Virus record (IMG/VR): IMGVR_UViG_3300047471_001174
DNA length: 62,532 nt
Reading direction: 5' to 3' (one strand)
DNA from: an uncultured virus (IMG/VR IMGVR_UViG_3300047471_001174)
Taxonomy: Duplodnaviria > Heunggongvirae > Uroviricota > Caudoviricetes
How positions within the stretch are numbered: the first letter of the stretch is position 1; each line of letters opens with the position of its first letter. This document shows, piece by piece, positions 1 through 8,901 of the stretch. A program made the translations under genes and the position numbers. The notes beneath the pieces were generated by a model, which did not search any database, was not told the origin of the DNA, and saw nothing but the letters and a program-made list of their open reading frames with translations.

Positions 1-1
1 A

Positions 2-1453
2 CACATACTGCAGCTTACCATTCAACATGGCTATGATTCGTTTGCCCGGTTTGGCCATTTCACCCGGGAAGGCGATGGCTGAATCAGCCACGTCCTGCGG
101 GGTACGCCACTCGAGTTGCCCCGTGTGCAGATTGGTGAATTGTTTGGCGAGCTGCCCATCAGCCTTACGACGGACCTGTCCGGCGATATTCAGAATAACG
201 CCAGCCGCCTCGCTTTCGGGCGTCTTCAGTGGATCCATGAATCCGAGATGGCTTGGCTGTACGGCTCGGGACTCCAACGGAATGGCTGTCGTGCTTGGTA
301 GTCCACCGACACCCATGCTGGTGATCGTTGACATCTTGTCCAGCAGTTCGAGCGGTGATGTTTCCTCAAGACCCGTACCGACACCGCTGGTGAGGATGAC
401 CGAGTTCAATTGCTTCTGGAACGGTCGGGAACCAATGCCCTGCAGATTGCCACGCTGACTGGCTTTGAACAACAGCTGACGGCGAATGTTGCCAGCATCG
501 CGACGAATCCGTTCCGAGAACAAATCCTCGGGCGCCATGATTTTCTGGTAGGCCAGGTGGTCACGATCGTCGGGCTCAACTTCGCCCTTTTGCAATTGAA
601 GCAGTTTCTGTGTCGTTCGAAGAATGGTCTCCGGTCCGACATTGGTAAATGGGTGCCCGAGCGTTCGTTTAGTGACTTCCGGATCGAGCTCCATGGCCTG
701 AAAGGCATTTACCAGTTGCTCAGTCGTGTGCGCCTCGGTCTGATTCTCGGGGATCCGCGGGAGAAATTTCCCGGCCAGTTTCTTTACGTCAGCCGGATCG
801 TTATGCGTCAAGTTGGTCGCGGCCAACTCGGGGCCCCAGGCGTCACGCAATTGATGGTGGGTCACGCCCATTGCGGTGAGCAACGACACTAGCGGCGTCT
901 TGGACTGGGCTACGCGAATGTAGAACACGCCTTTGTCAGGATCTAGAAAGTAGCGGTGGCTCAGCCCCTTCCCAGGCATAACGTTCGTGTGGGCTTCAAT
1001 CTCGCCGTTGCCTCGAATACGGGTAAAGACACCAGGCAACAACCGCATCTGATTTCGAACGGCGTATTCAGTCCCATTGTGGATGAACGTACCACGGTCC
1101 GTCCGGTAAGGCACGTTAGCCAGTGTCACCCGTTTCTGGTCGACCAGCTGGCCTGTGACGTTATCCAGAAGCTGGAATGTGCCTTTCAGCGTCCGGCCAA
1201 GCGTGTCACCTGTCAGAATGGCTTTCTTCTGGTCCTTTAGAGAATACTCGTCCGGGCCAGAATAGTGGACGTCGGTCAGCTTTAACGTGTGCTTGGAGTT
1301 CGCCAGGGGCTCCAGGCCTTGCGCAGCCGTCAAGGTGTGGTCAAACAGCCTTTGACGCGCTTTGGACATGTCTGTGAGGCTGTCAGGCTCATCCTCGTGG
1401 GCCGCAGGGCGCATCGGCTGGAGCAGGCTGCCGGAGCCAGACAGGATTGACAT
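2..1453 (-). CDS. rpoB: DNA-directed RNA polymerase beta-subunit-like protein (N-terminal ~484 aa; continues past the left edge)
   Basis: Absent from the ORF track, consistent with no stop inside the window. Manual translation from ATG 1453 gives LANVPYRTDRGTFIHNGTEYAVRNQMRLLPGVFTR (cf. RpoB IPLMT..GTFIINGTERV.VSQLHRSPGVF) and SPLELLDKMSTITSMGVGG...SRAVQPSHLGFMDPLKTPES (cf. NPLSEITHKRR.SALGPGG...RDVHPTHYGR.CPIETPEG). Confidence 0.93.
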   Translation of the reverse strand, partial: MSILSGSGSLLQPMRPAAHEDEPDSLTDMSKARQRLFDHTLTAAQGLEPLANSKHTLKLTDVHYSGPDEYSLKDQKKAILTGDTLGRTLKGTFQLLDNVTGQLVDQKRVTLANVPYRTDRGTFIHNGTEYAVRNQMRLLPGVFTRIRGNGEIEAHTNVMPGKGLSHRYFLDPDKGVFYIRVAQSKTPLVSLLTAMGVTHHQLRDAWGPELAATNLTHNDPADVKKLAGKFLPRIPENQTEAHTTEQLVNAFQAMELDPEVTKRTLGHPFTNVGPETILRTTQKLLQLQKGEVEPDDRDHLAYQKIMAPEDLFSERIRRDAGNIRRQLLFKASQRGNLQGIGSRPFQKQLNSVILTSGVGTGLEETSPLELLDKMSTITSMGVGGLPSTTAIPLESRAVQPSHLGFMDPLKTPESEAAGVILNIAGQVRRKADGQLAKQFTNLHTGQLEWRTPQDVADSAIAFPGEMAKPGKRIIAMLNGKLQYV

Positions 1454-1468
1454 GGTAAGATGGGCTAA

Positions 1469-2167
1469 TTAGCCCTCCGGGGTGGCGACCAGGAACGGAG
1501 CCGTTGAAACCTGGCGACGTCTCTGGCGTTCTTTCTCGGCCAGATCCAGTCGGTTCGCCTCACTCTGGCTCTTGGCCACACTGTACCCGAGATGGCCGCC
1601 GATGGCCGCCGTAAGGGCGGCGACGGTTGCAGCAGTGCCGGCCCCGAAGGTTGGCCAGTTGGCCTGCTTCTGCCAGATGTCGAAGATTTCATCCAGTTGC
1701 TGTGACAGCTTGGACGCCTTGTCATCCGCCCGTTTGCCTGTACCAATCGGCTGATGGCTCAAAGCCGATTCAAAATCTGACTTGGCCGAATCGACTTCTT
1801 CCTGCAGCCCTTTGTGCCGTTGTTTGTTGAGCAGGTAGTCCATCAATTTGTAACCACCGAAAGTGGCCCCAACAGCACCAGTCGCATGCAGCGGCATGGC
1901 CCACCAGGTGTTCTTGTACGGTTCGAGTACGGCGATTTTTTCTTCTCGCTGAGGTCTTGTCGGCACCTTGAAAGGCAGGACGTTGGCTGCGGCAGACGAC
2001 GGCGTCGCCGGCTGCGAATTCCGGTGGAGCATGTGGATAAAACCAGATGCACCGCGAGCAGCCATTCCGGCGCCGGCACCAAGAAGCAGGATCTTCTTGA
2101 ACTGCTCCATCGCCAGTTGCGAGTGGGCCGCGTCGAGATCAATTCCCGGGTCAGCTTTCTTTTGCAT
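1469..2167 (-). CDS. Gly/Ala-rich putative virion protein with K-x-A motifs
   Basis: 232-aa ORF; QKKA, EKIA, GKRA, QKQA motifs and glycine-zipper-like hydrophobic segments. Confidence 0.7.
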   Translation of the reverse strand: MQKKADPGIDLDAAHSQLAMEQFKKILLLGAGAGMAARGASGFIHMLHRNSQPATPSSAAANVLPFKVPTRPQREEKIAVLEPYKNTWWAMPLHATGAVGATFGGYKLMDYLLNKQRHKGLQEEVDSAKSDFESALSHQPIGTGKRADDKASKLSQQLDEIFDIWQKQANWPTFGAGTAATVAALTAAIGGHLGYSVAKSQSEANRLDLAEKERQRRRQVSTAPFLVATPEG

Positions 2168-2173
2168 GATTAC

Positions 2174-2578
2174 CTAGACCGTTCCTTCAGGTAACTCGGG
2201 CATGCTGAGCATGGTCGGAGCGGCTACCGCTTTTCGCTCCCCACTCTCCTGCATGTAAAACTCACCCCATTCAAGATAGATGAATGGCTGAGCGGCTGCC
2301 ACTTGCCGCTCGATATAAAACAGCCTGAACCAGCGATTGGCGATCTTGTCCATTACGCCCATGTATTCAGCGTGGTCCTTCGGATCGTCAATCAGGAACT
2401 TCTTCAGTTTGAAATCGCAGATCCGAGAAACTTTTGATTCGTATTCGTCCTCATTCTTGTACATGCTTGCCTTGCCGCGGAACGGCAGGCCGTCATCAAT
2501 TGCACGACCCCAGTGAACGGCAGCTCCGTTCGGGTCCTGCACCTGATTCATGAATTTCAAAAGTGGGGGTGCCATCAA
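2174..2578 (-). CDS. hypothetical phage protein
   Basis: 134-aa ORF tightly packed between neighbours; protein-like composition. Confidence 0.75.
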   Translation of the reverse strand: MMAPPLLKFMNQVQDPNGAAVHWGRAIDDGLPFRGKASMYKNEDEYESKVSRICDFKLKKFLIDDPKDHAEYMGVMDKIANRWFRLFYIERQVAAAQPFIYLEWGEFYMQESGERKAVAAPTMLSMPELPEGTV

Positions 2579-3084
2579 TACCTTCCGGCAAAGTGCGGTT
2601 TACCTGCGGCTTGCACATGCTCGTGCATGGCTTGTGTCTGCCGGGCGTACTCAGCCCAGCGTTTGTACTGATCGACCAACTCGTGTTGTTTCTTTTCCTC
2701 AATGTCGGTCTCGTCGACATCGGTCAGTTTTCCGAGACCGTAACCGGCGCCCGCACCGGCGATACCTGCACCGGCCGCTCCATACAATCCAGCTGTACCG
2801 ATGCTGCCAGCGACATCTTTACCGAGACCCCAGAGATCTCGTAACGTCGAAAGACCCAATTCGGCCAGTTTGAGGGCCGGAACGGATCCCACAGACGGCT
2901 GCTTCAGGGGCTTGGTTCCAACCTCGGCCGTCGGCGGTTTAGGCGGGGCCAGTCCGGGAACAGCGGCGGACTTCGTGACCTGCCCATGCAGATCTGAGAC
3001 ATGGTCGGCGATTTGATCGAACGACATGCCCGACTCGACCAGTCGAGTCAGAAAGGCCACTTTGAAACGATCGCGAGGCGTCAT
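2575..3084 (-). CDS. Gly/Ala-rich putative virion protein
   Basis: 169 aa; TKSAA motif and GAAGAGIAGAGAGYG glycine zipper. Confidence 0.7.
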   Translation of the reverse strand: MTPRDRFKVAFLTRLVESGMSFDQIADHVSDLHGQVTKSAAVPGLAPPKPPTAEVGTKPLKQPSVGSVPALKLAELGLSTLRDLWGLGKDVAGSIGTAGLYGAAGAGIAGAGAGYGLGKLTDVDETDIEEKKQHELVDQYKRWAEYARQTQAMHEHVQAAGKPHFAGRY

Positions 3085-3098
3085 CCATGACTCCCAGG

Positions 3099-3470
3099 CT
3101 AAAGATAGATATCAGCCGGGACACTCACTGTGACCGGCATTCTTCGCGTCAGATCCCGTCGGGCTGTCGGGTCAGTCGGCATGCCCTGTTCGCGGGCTTT
3201 CTGGAGCACACCGTGCATTCGGTCCACGAAATCCATTTGTGCCGCGATCTCGTCGTAATACTTGACCCACTTAGGATTCTTTCGTCTCAATCGAGCCATC
3301 TCACTGATTGCCAGGGCCCTCTTGGCCGCATCGGCAACCGACAAGATCTCGTACTGACCAGTTTCTGTGTGCTCGATACGGATCAATCCACGCTCAGCCC
3401 AGATCTTCAAATGGGCATATTGCACCAAGCCGTGATTGCCGAGCAGGTGAGGTGTAAGCAGTGCCGTCAT
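3099..3470 (-). CDS. hypothetical phage protein
   Basis: 123-aa ORF directly downstream of an 18-bp palindrome copy. Confidence 0.75.
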   Translation of the reverse strand: MTALLTPHLLGNHGLVQYAHLKIWAERGLIRIEHTETGQYEILSVADAAKRALAISEMARLRRKNPKWVKYYDEIAAQMDFVDRMHGVLQKAREQGMPTDPTARRDLTRRMPVTVSVPADIYL

Positions 3471-3475
3471 GGTTT

Positions 3476-3493
3476 TTACTTTTTATAAAGTTA
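3476..3493. promoter_or_regulatory. 18-bp palindrome copy 1 (TTACTTT-TTAT-AAAGTTA)
   Basis: One mismatch to consensus TAACTTT-N4-AAAGTTA; 5 nt from ATG 3470. Confidence 0.65.
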
Positions 3494-3571
3494 TGGCGAA
3501 AGCCCGGGGCACTTTGCAGCGCCCAGGGCCTCGCCAGTCAACGGACAGGGGACAGACCACCCATCGACGGG

Positions 3572-3964
3572 CTATATGTGCAGCAAAGCTTTCTGGGCCG
3601 CGGCGACGAGCAGCGGGATCGACTGATGAATCAACGGATCAATCACAGCCGTCGAGACTATCGCACCGAAGTGCTGCAGCTCGAGAGGACGAATTTCCTT
3701 CGTGTAAACTTCCATCAGAATGGTCGAGATCAACCCGGCCACGTCAGCACCGGGTGACAAGAACGGCTTCACGGCAAGCATGCCGGCAGAGACGAGCTCT
3801 TCGAGCAGAGCGACTGCCCCACTCAACGTGATTGGCCCTTTGGCTTTGGCAGCGTTGAAATCCGCCATGACTTTCGACATGGCCTGGCTAACCGTGGTCA
3901 CGAGCGTAGTCGTGTCGGTCGCCGGTGCGGGAGCTGGGGTAACAGGTGTGGTTGGGTCTGACAT
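3572..3964 (-). CDS. hypothetical protein
   Basis: Likely start MSDPTT at 3964 behind an AAGGAG ribosome-binding site; amphipathic helical protein. Confidence 0.7.
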   Translation of the reverse strand: MSDPTTPVTPAPAPATDTTTLVTTVSQAMSKVMADFNAAKAKGPITLSGAVALLEELVSAGMLAVKPFLSPGADVAGLISTILMEVYTKEIRPLELQHFGAIVSTAVIDPLIHQSIPLLVAAAQKALLHI

Positions 3965-3986
3965 GACTGACTCCTTTTTAGAATGA

Positions 3987-5051
3987 CTACCTTCCGAACA
4001 GCATGGGAACGACCTCAGAAATGATACCGGCATACATACCAGTCCTTTTCAGCTGATCCTGTGTACTCTCAGGCATCCCAGTCAAAAGGCCGAGGACTCC
4101 CCCTACCAGTGCACCGCTAGCATAACCTACTCCCATGCCCGCGGCAATATGGCCCAGTTGCATCGGCGTGACCCACCCGGCCCCAATTCCACCCGGCATC
4201 TGCTGGGCCAACGTAACGGCTGACGTGGCTGCCCCTCGAGTAGACAACGGGATATTCGGCGAGACGTACGGGTCTCCCCAGATGGTCTGATTGAACTTGT
4301 CGACCTGAATTGGCGGGATGTCACCAGTCATTCCTGAGTTGTCCGCCAGGTCTCTACCCAGCTTCTCTTTGACCGAATCTACGGCCGAGCGGAACAACGG
4401 CGCGACCGGGAAATGATTCTCTGGCATGATCCCGCCGGTGGGTGGATGATCAAGCGTAGTATTGTCGTTGAACGGGAGATTCTTAGCCTTGTTTGTCATG
4501 CCATATGCCAGTCCTGGCATAATGCCGGCCGCACCACCCAGCAGGGCCAACGTCTTGCTGAGACGCCCGCGACGCCAATCATTGGGCATCATCTTCTCGC
4601 CAATCCATCCCGCCCCGTAGCCAAGACCGGCGCCAAGTAAGCCCGATGTCAGCATAGAAGCAACTGGTCCAGGCGTATTGGGAACAACGCCAAACAGCTT
4701 GCCGGGCGTCAAGTTCATCGTGTCTGTCATTGACCGAACGACAGGCGAATAGGCCAACTTGACATAGTCACCGTCTGGGTCAGCCCAAATTCGAGATGGG
4801 ACACAGCCCAGGTAGGCTTCACCCAACTCGTGTTCCAACGCAAATTTAAGCCAGTGTAACCGATCGTCACTGACGTCAGAGACCAGGATCAGCTCATTGT
4901 CTGGTCCCTGGGTAAGCGCAGTTTCATCCGGCAACGGGAATCGCCCGAGGATCTCCTGAGCCGATTTGGCCATTGGTCGACAGGCTTCGGCTCTGGCTTC
5001 TGCCAGGCCGACAATCTGCTGCCAGGCCGATTGCTCGTCTGTGGAGATCAT
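3987..5051 (-). CDS. Gly-rich putative virion protein with K-x-A motifs
   Basis: 354 aa; AKSA, LKFA, VKLA motifs and several glycine zippers (GLLGAGLGYGAG). Confidence 0.75.
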   Translation of the reverse strand: MISTDEQSAWQQIVGLAEARAEACRPMAKSAQEILGRFPLPDETALTQGPDNELILVSDVSDDRLHWLKFALEHELGEAYLGCVPSRIWADPDGDYVKLAYSPVVRSMTDTMNLTPGKLFGVVPNTPGPVASMLTSGLLGAGLGYGAGWIGEKMMPNDWRRGRLSKTLALLGGAAGIMPGLAYGMTNKAKNLPFNDNTTLDHPPTGGIMPENHFPVAPLFRSAVDSVKEKLGRDLADNSGMTGDIPPIQVDKFNQTIWGDPYVSPNIPLSTRGAATSAVTLAQQMPGGIGAGWVTPMQLGHIAAGMGVGYASGALVGGVLGLLTGMPESTQDQLKRTGMYAGIISEVVPMLFGR

Positions 5052-5722
5052 GGAACGTGGACTCTCTGTGTTGTCCCGGTGCAGCCAGCACAGTCATCAT
5101 GACCGCAGACGCTGCAGATAAATTTGCGTGGTACGGGAAGCGGGTCGGCTGGTTTGTCGTCGACCAGGATCGACTTGCTGATCTCGTTACGACCCAGTAC
5201 ACCCTTGCGACGGACTCCGACAGTAATGTGAAACTGGAAGTCATTGTCGTGCGGCAGCGGAGTGAGACCGTACGACTGTCTCAACGTCTGTAACTCCGGA
5301 CTCTTAACCTCGAGCATCCAGACCTTGCTCATCTGCGGCCAGCCGGCAGGCTGAACTGTTTTGAGCTGCCCGGTCGTGTAATGAAAGTGTTTGCCACGCT
5401 CGGTCAACTTGCCGGGCCCGCCGATCGCCGCGATATCCTCAGGGCGGAACACGCTGATGTGCGCATCCAGTTTGCCTGGTTTTTCGCTGTGACTTGGGAG
5501 TTCAACACCCGGCTCGTCAATGGCGCTATAAACGCCACGAACCAGGGCGTTCGGGACGGCCAGTAAACCCCAATTCGAGGGGGTAACATACAGCATGCCT
5601 GAGAGCGCGTGCACTACTTCCGGGGCATCCGCCTGCTTGAACCGCTGCCCTATGCCGAAACCTGCACAGTAGACTTCGCGGACCCAGCTCGGCGGTGATA
5701 GTTCCCCGAACAGTAACAGCAC
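5048..5722 (-). CDS. 2H phosphoesterase superfamily protein
   Basis: Two HxS/T motifs (AHISV, FHITV) about 80 aa apart; C-terminal CxxC...CxxC. Confidence 0.75.
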   Translation of the reverse strand: MLLLFGELSPPSWVREVYCAGFGIGQRFKQADAPEVVHALSGMLYVTPSNWGLLAVPNALVRGVYSAIDEPGVELPSHSEKPGKLDAHISVFRPEDIAAIGGPGKLTERGKHFHYTTGQLKTVQPAGWPQMSKVWMLEVKSPELQTLRQSYGLTPLPHDNDFQFHITVGVRRKGVLGRNEISKSILVDDKPADPLPVPRKFICSVCGHDDCAGCTGTTQRVHVP

Positions 5723-5732
5723 TTTGTCGCTC

Positions 5733-6014
5733 CTATCGGCGTTCGGTGGCGACTCTTAGAGCCGTAATCTCTCGCCCATGCTTTTCGACCACACCACCAA
5801 GCTTGTTGATCTTCAGGTCCATCTCTCTGCGGTCTTCGGCACAATGCCTGTCCTCTCTATCACTGGTCAGAAATTTTCCAAGCAATGTGGCTTCGAGGAC
5901 CTTCAGACGGTTAATCACGTCGCCTGATTTTCGACCAACCCAGTAGGCGTGGCCGATCAACATGATAAGGATGCCGCACAATGCGACGATTACTTCAGCC
6001 CATTCGACTGTCAT
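5733..6014 (-). CDS. small membrane protein (holin-like architecture)
   Basis: N-terminal transmembrane helix followed by a charged coiled coil. Confidence 0.55.
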   Translation of the reverse strand: MTVEWAEVIVALCGILIMLIGHAYWVGRKSGDVINRLKVLEATLLGKFLTSDREDRHCAEDRREMDLKINKLGGVVEKHGREITALRVATERR

Positions 6015-6045
6015 GGTCAGGCCCTTGTGCTAGGTGATGCGAATT

Positions 6046-6291
6046 TTAACGGACCTGCTGAACGGTCACAGTCGTGTGTTTCCCGTGGCGATGTTTGTGC
6101 TTCGTCTTGGTCACCACACGGGTCGAATAGCTCGGGGCCTCCGCGCGATAGATGACCACGGGCGCCTCGTAAGCCGCAACCGGAGCGCCGTGGTTGTGGA
6201 TGACCACCGTTTTGTGGTTCGAGCCGAATAACCACCCAGCGTCGGCGCTGGCCGGCAGCAACATCAAGCAGAGACACGCGATAGTTTTCAT
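6046..6291 (-). CDS. small secreted protein
   Basis: Signal peptide MKTIACLCLMLLPASADA; AAGGA ribosome-binding site. Confidence 0.65.
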   Translation of the reverse strand: MKTIACLCLMLLPASADAGWLFGSNHKTVVIHNHGAPVAAYEAPVVIYRAEAPSYSTRVVTKTKHKHRHGKHTTVTVQQVR

Positions 6292-6562
6292 GACTGGTTC
6301 CTTGGTGATTTTTGGTTAAACGAGATCGCCATTCTTCAAGCCCCCGGGATCCCCTACCCCAGGTCCGTGCTGCCGTTTGCGGACGACAGCGTGTGACGGC
6401 AACATGGGCGCATCCGTCACTCCACCAACCGCGGCCAACATGAAGTTACGCCGCTGTTTTCCTTGTTTCGTTTTCGACATCCCTTCGAGCACGCAACATC
6501 CTAACCAGTTGGCGCCTGCAACTAACCTGTAGAACGGCACTTTAAGCAGCTTAACAGTATTT

Positions 6563-7120
6563 TCAACGGTCTTCCACCCTGTATCCCAGCCGTTTGAGAA
6601 CCAAATTGACAGATTCGTTCAGTGGCTGGTCGATTCCGGCTCGATCTTTTTTCTCGGTTAACAGCTCGTCCACCGTACGCTGGGCAGCAATCAGCCTCTG
6701 TTCGAAGGCCGGTGGTTTGATAATGGACGTGTCGACCAGGAGCTCCACGATTGCCAATAACATGGCCGAAACGTGGCGGTTCATAGCCTCTTGCTGATCT
6801 GTCCACGCTAAGGTCTCAGCCACATCCTCGTCCGATGGGTTAGCCTGGGGAGCTGACGCCACTTGCGGTATCCCAGCTGGTTGTGACGGCGGCGGTGCTG
6901 AAATCATTTCTGCCGCCAGCAACAATCGGGCGGCGTCCGGTCTGTAAACGAAACAGCATTGGATTGATCCAGGCACGGCAAACACGTCGGCCAGACACGG
7001 GTAGTTAACTGGTTCAGCGGAGAACCCGGCCCCGACTTCGATCTTCGAAGTGGCCATCTGCGCGAGAAACTGCCCCTGAAATGTTTGCCAGTCGTCCGGG
7101 CCCTGCAATAAGGCGAACAT
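6563..7120 (-). CDS. hypothetical protein
   Basis: 185-aa ORF in the same-strand gene run. Confidence 0.7.
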   Translation of the reverse strand: MFALLQGPDDWQTFQGQFLAQMATSKIEVGAGFSAEPVNYPCLADVFAVPGSIQCCFVYRPDAARLLLAAEMISAPPPSQPAGIPQVASAPQANPSDEDVAETLAWTDQQEAMNRHVSAMLLAIVELLVDTSIIKPPAFEQRLIAAQRTVDELLTEKKDRAGIDQPLNESVNLVLKRLGYRVEDR

Positions 7121-7130
7121 CTAAAGCCTT

Positions 7131-7952
7131 TCAATTGAGAGGACGAATTGGACCACCGTTACGCACCAGCGTCGGTTGTCTGGATGATTCGGCGATCGTC
7201 TGATGGTGTTGGTTGCTGTTGGGGTCGCCGCGTAGTGGATGATCAAGATGCCAGGATTCAATGTGGAAATCAACTACGATGTTACAGCCAGCCTTGAACA
7301 GACGCAGCCCCAGCTCCTGGTCTTCACCGCCGAATGTCGTAAACTTCTCCCAGAAACCGCCCAAGGTTCTGGTCAAGTCCAGCGGCACGCTCATGTGACA
7401 CGACCAGCAGAATCGGTAGCTTGATGGCGGCGTGGCCATGTACCGCTGCCTGTCGCCGTTGACTTGCTGTTGCAGGTTGCGATAGACGCCACCCAGTTCC
7501 AGTCGCTTGTCATCCTTGAGGTCGAAGCCGGCGAATTGCCTCTGGACGTCAGGGATCCCCGTATTCATGACCTTGTCTTCAGCCACGCGTCTCACGCGGC
7601 CCAGCACCACGCTGAGGCGGTCACCGTAGGTTTTGTGCTGAGCTACGACGCCCGGGCTCGGGACAGTATCGCCGTCCATAAACAGAACGCGGGAACCAAC
7701 GGCAAACTGTAGACCCCGATTACGGGCAGCGGCCGCCCTGAAAGGAACTGTCTTGCCTGGTAAATGCACATATCGCCAACCCGGCATTGTCCCATATTCA
7801 TTCACAACGGCCATTTCCTGATTGATGTCGCCGTCGTCTGAAACGATCGTCAGATTGAAATCTTTGTCGGTTTGACGATTAAATCCTTCCAAGACCAGTC
7901 GCAGGCGATGCGGGTCGTTACACGTCGGAATAACCACCGCGAGCGGGAGCAT
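7131..7952 (-). CDS. glycosyltransferase family 2
   Basis: VVIPTCN, AAARNRG, LFMDGD (DxD), GGF..F..FGGEDQELG. Confidence 0.9.
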   Translation of the reverse strand: MLPLAVVIPTCNDPHRLRLVLEGFNRQTDKDFNLTIVSDDGDINQEMAVVNEYGTMPGWRYVHLPGKTVPFRAAAARNRGLQFAVGSRVLFMDGDTVPSPGVVAQHKTYGDRLSVVLGRVRRVAEDKVMNTGIPDVQRQFAGFDLKDDKRLELGGVYRNLQQQVNGDRQRYMATPPSSYRFCWSCHMSVPLDLTRTLGGFWEKFTTFGGEDQELGLRLFKAGCNIVVDFHIESWHLDHPLRGDPNSNQHHQTIAESSRQPTLVRNGGPIRPLN

Positions 7953-7953
7953 C

Positions 7954-8901
7954 TCAGTCTTTCCAGTACGGGTTCGACTTCACAGTGATCTGGTCGACCA
8001 GATCTGGGTAGGCTTCTGCTTTCGCGTAAGTCATCGGCTGGGCGTTCCAGGCCGAGAACGGTTCGAACATGAAGCTGCCACAGCGAACCAGGCAGGATTT
8101 GAAACACTGGCGTCGCTTCTCACACAGCGGGAACAAGGCCGCACTAAATGAGAATGTGCTGTTCGGAATGAGCAGCATGTTACAGTGGCGTAATAGCACC
8201 CAGTCAGGAACCCAATCCAGCTGTCGCGGGTCGGCACTTCGCAAATCGTGCCTCAGATAGTTGTAACCGGTCAGCGGTTTGGCCCGTAAGTCGATGCCTA
8301 ACGATTCGGACGTCTGCGGATTGAACTTGGCAAACTCCGGGACAAGTGCCGGAGTCTCGGTCGAGATGAACAGAACTGGTTCATCCAGCGTTGGCCACAA
8401 CGTCTCCAACAGATCCAAGTACCAGGCCACAGGTGTGATGTAGAACATGCCTCGGCCGTAATCACCGCGACGCAGATGAACGCCCACAATCGTCTTGCCC
8501 ATGTTTCGAAGTTTGGTAACAGGCTCAGACAGTCGCTCGGTCACTTCGGGTTGCAAGTCAAACAGACTGGTCAAATATGCCCTGTTCGGAGCGTAGTAGC
8601 TGGTGTGATATTGGCCATACCCGTGATAATCGAAATTGCTGCGAGAGATTCCCTTGGCTCGCTCCGTCGGAAAGATCCCCACACCCCGTCCAAACGTCTC
8701 GTCATGCTCGACAGCTGTCTGCAAACCACGGACTGTCATCGGGCTGAAGTGCCGTTTGAACAGCTGATCGCCCACCCACGGGGGTAGCTGCAACTCGAGA
8801 TTGTGTACTCGGGCGTAGTCGGCCAGGAACATCAGTTGAAAGATCTGATTCCCGAACCGGCCCATGCGGCCGAACTTGGTCATCGTGATCACGCCGCTCA
8901 T
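7954..8901 (-). CDS. GT11 alpha-1,2-fucosyltransferase-like glycosyltransferase
   Basis: GRFGNQIFQ, VGVHLRRGDY and NSTFS signature motifs; start at 8901 gives an ATGA overlap. Confidence 0.88.
   Translation of the reverse strand: MSGVITMTKFGRMGRFGNQIFQLMFLADYARVHNLELQLPPWVGDQLFKRHFSPMTVRGLQTAVEHDETFGRGVGIFPTERAKGISRSNFDYHGYGQYHTSYYAPNRAYLTSLFDLQPEVTERLSEPVTKLRNMGKTIVGVHLRRGDYGRGMFYITPVAWYLDLLETLWPTLDEPVLFISTETPALVPEFAKFNPQTSESLGIDLRAKPLTGYNYLRHDLRSADPRQLDWVPDWVLLRHCNMLLIPNSTFSFSAALFPLCEKRRQCFKSCLVRCGSFMFEPFSAWNAQPMTYAKAEAYPDLVDQITVKSNPYWKD

Noticed and set aside
27..1377. Plus-strand ORFs at the left edge
   Set aside because: They are antisense to the RpoB-like frame, which carries the recognisable motifs.
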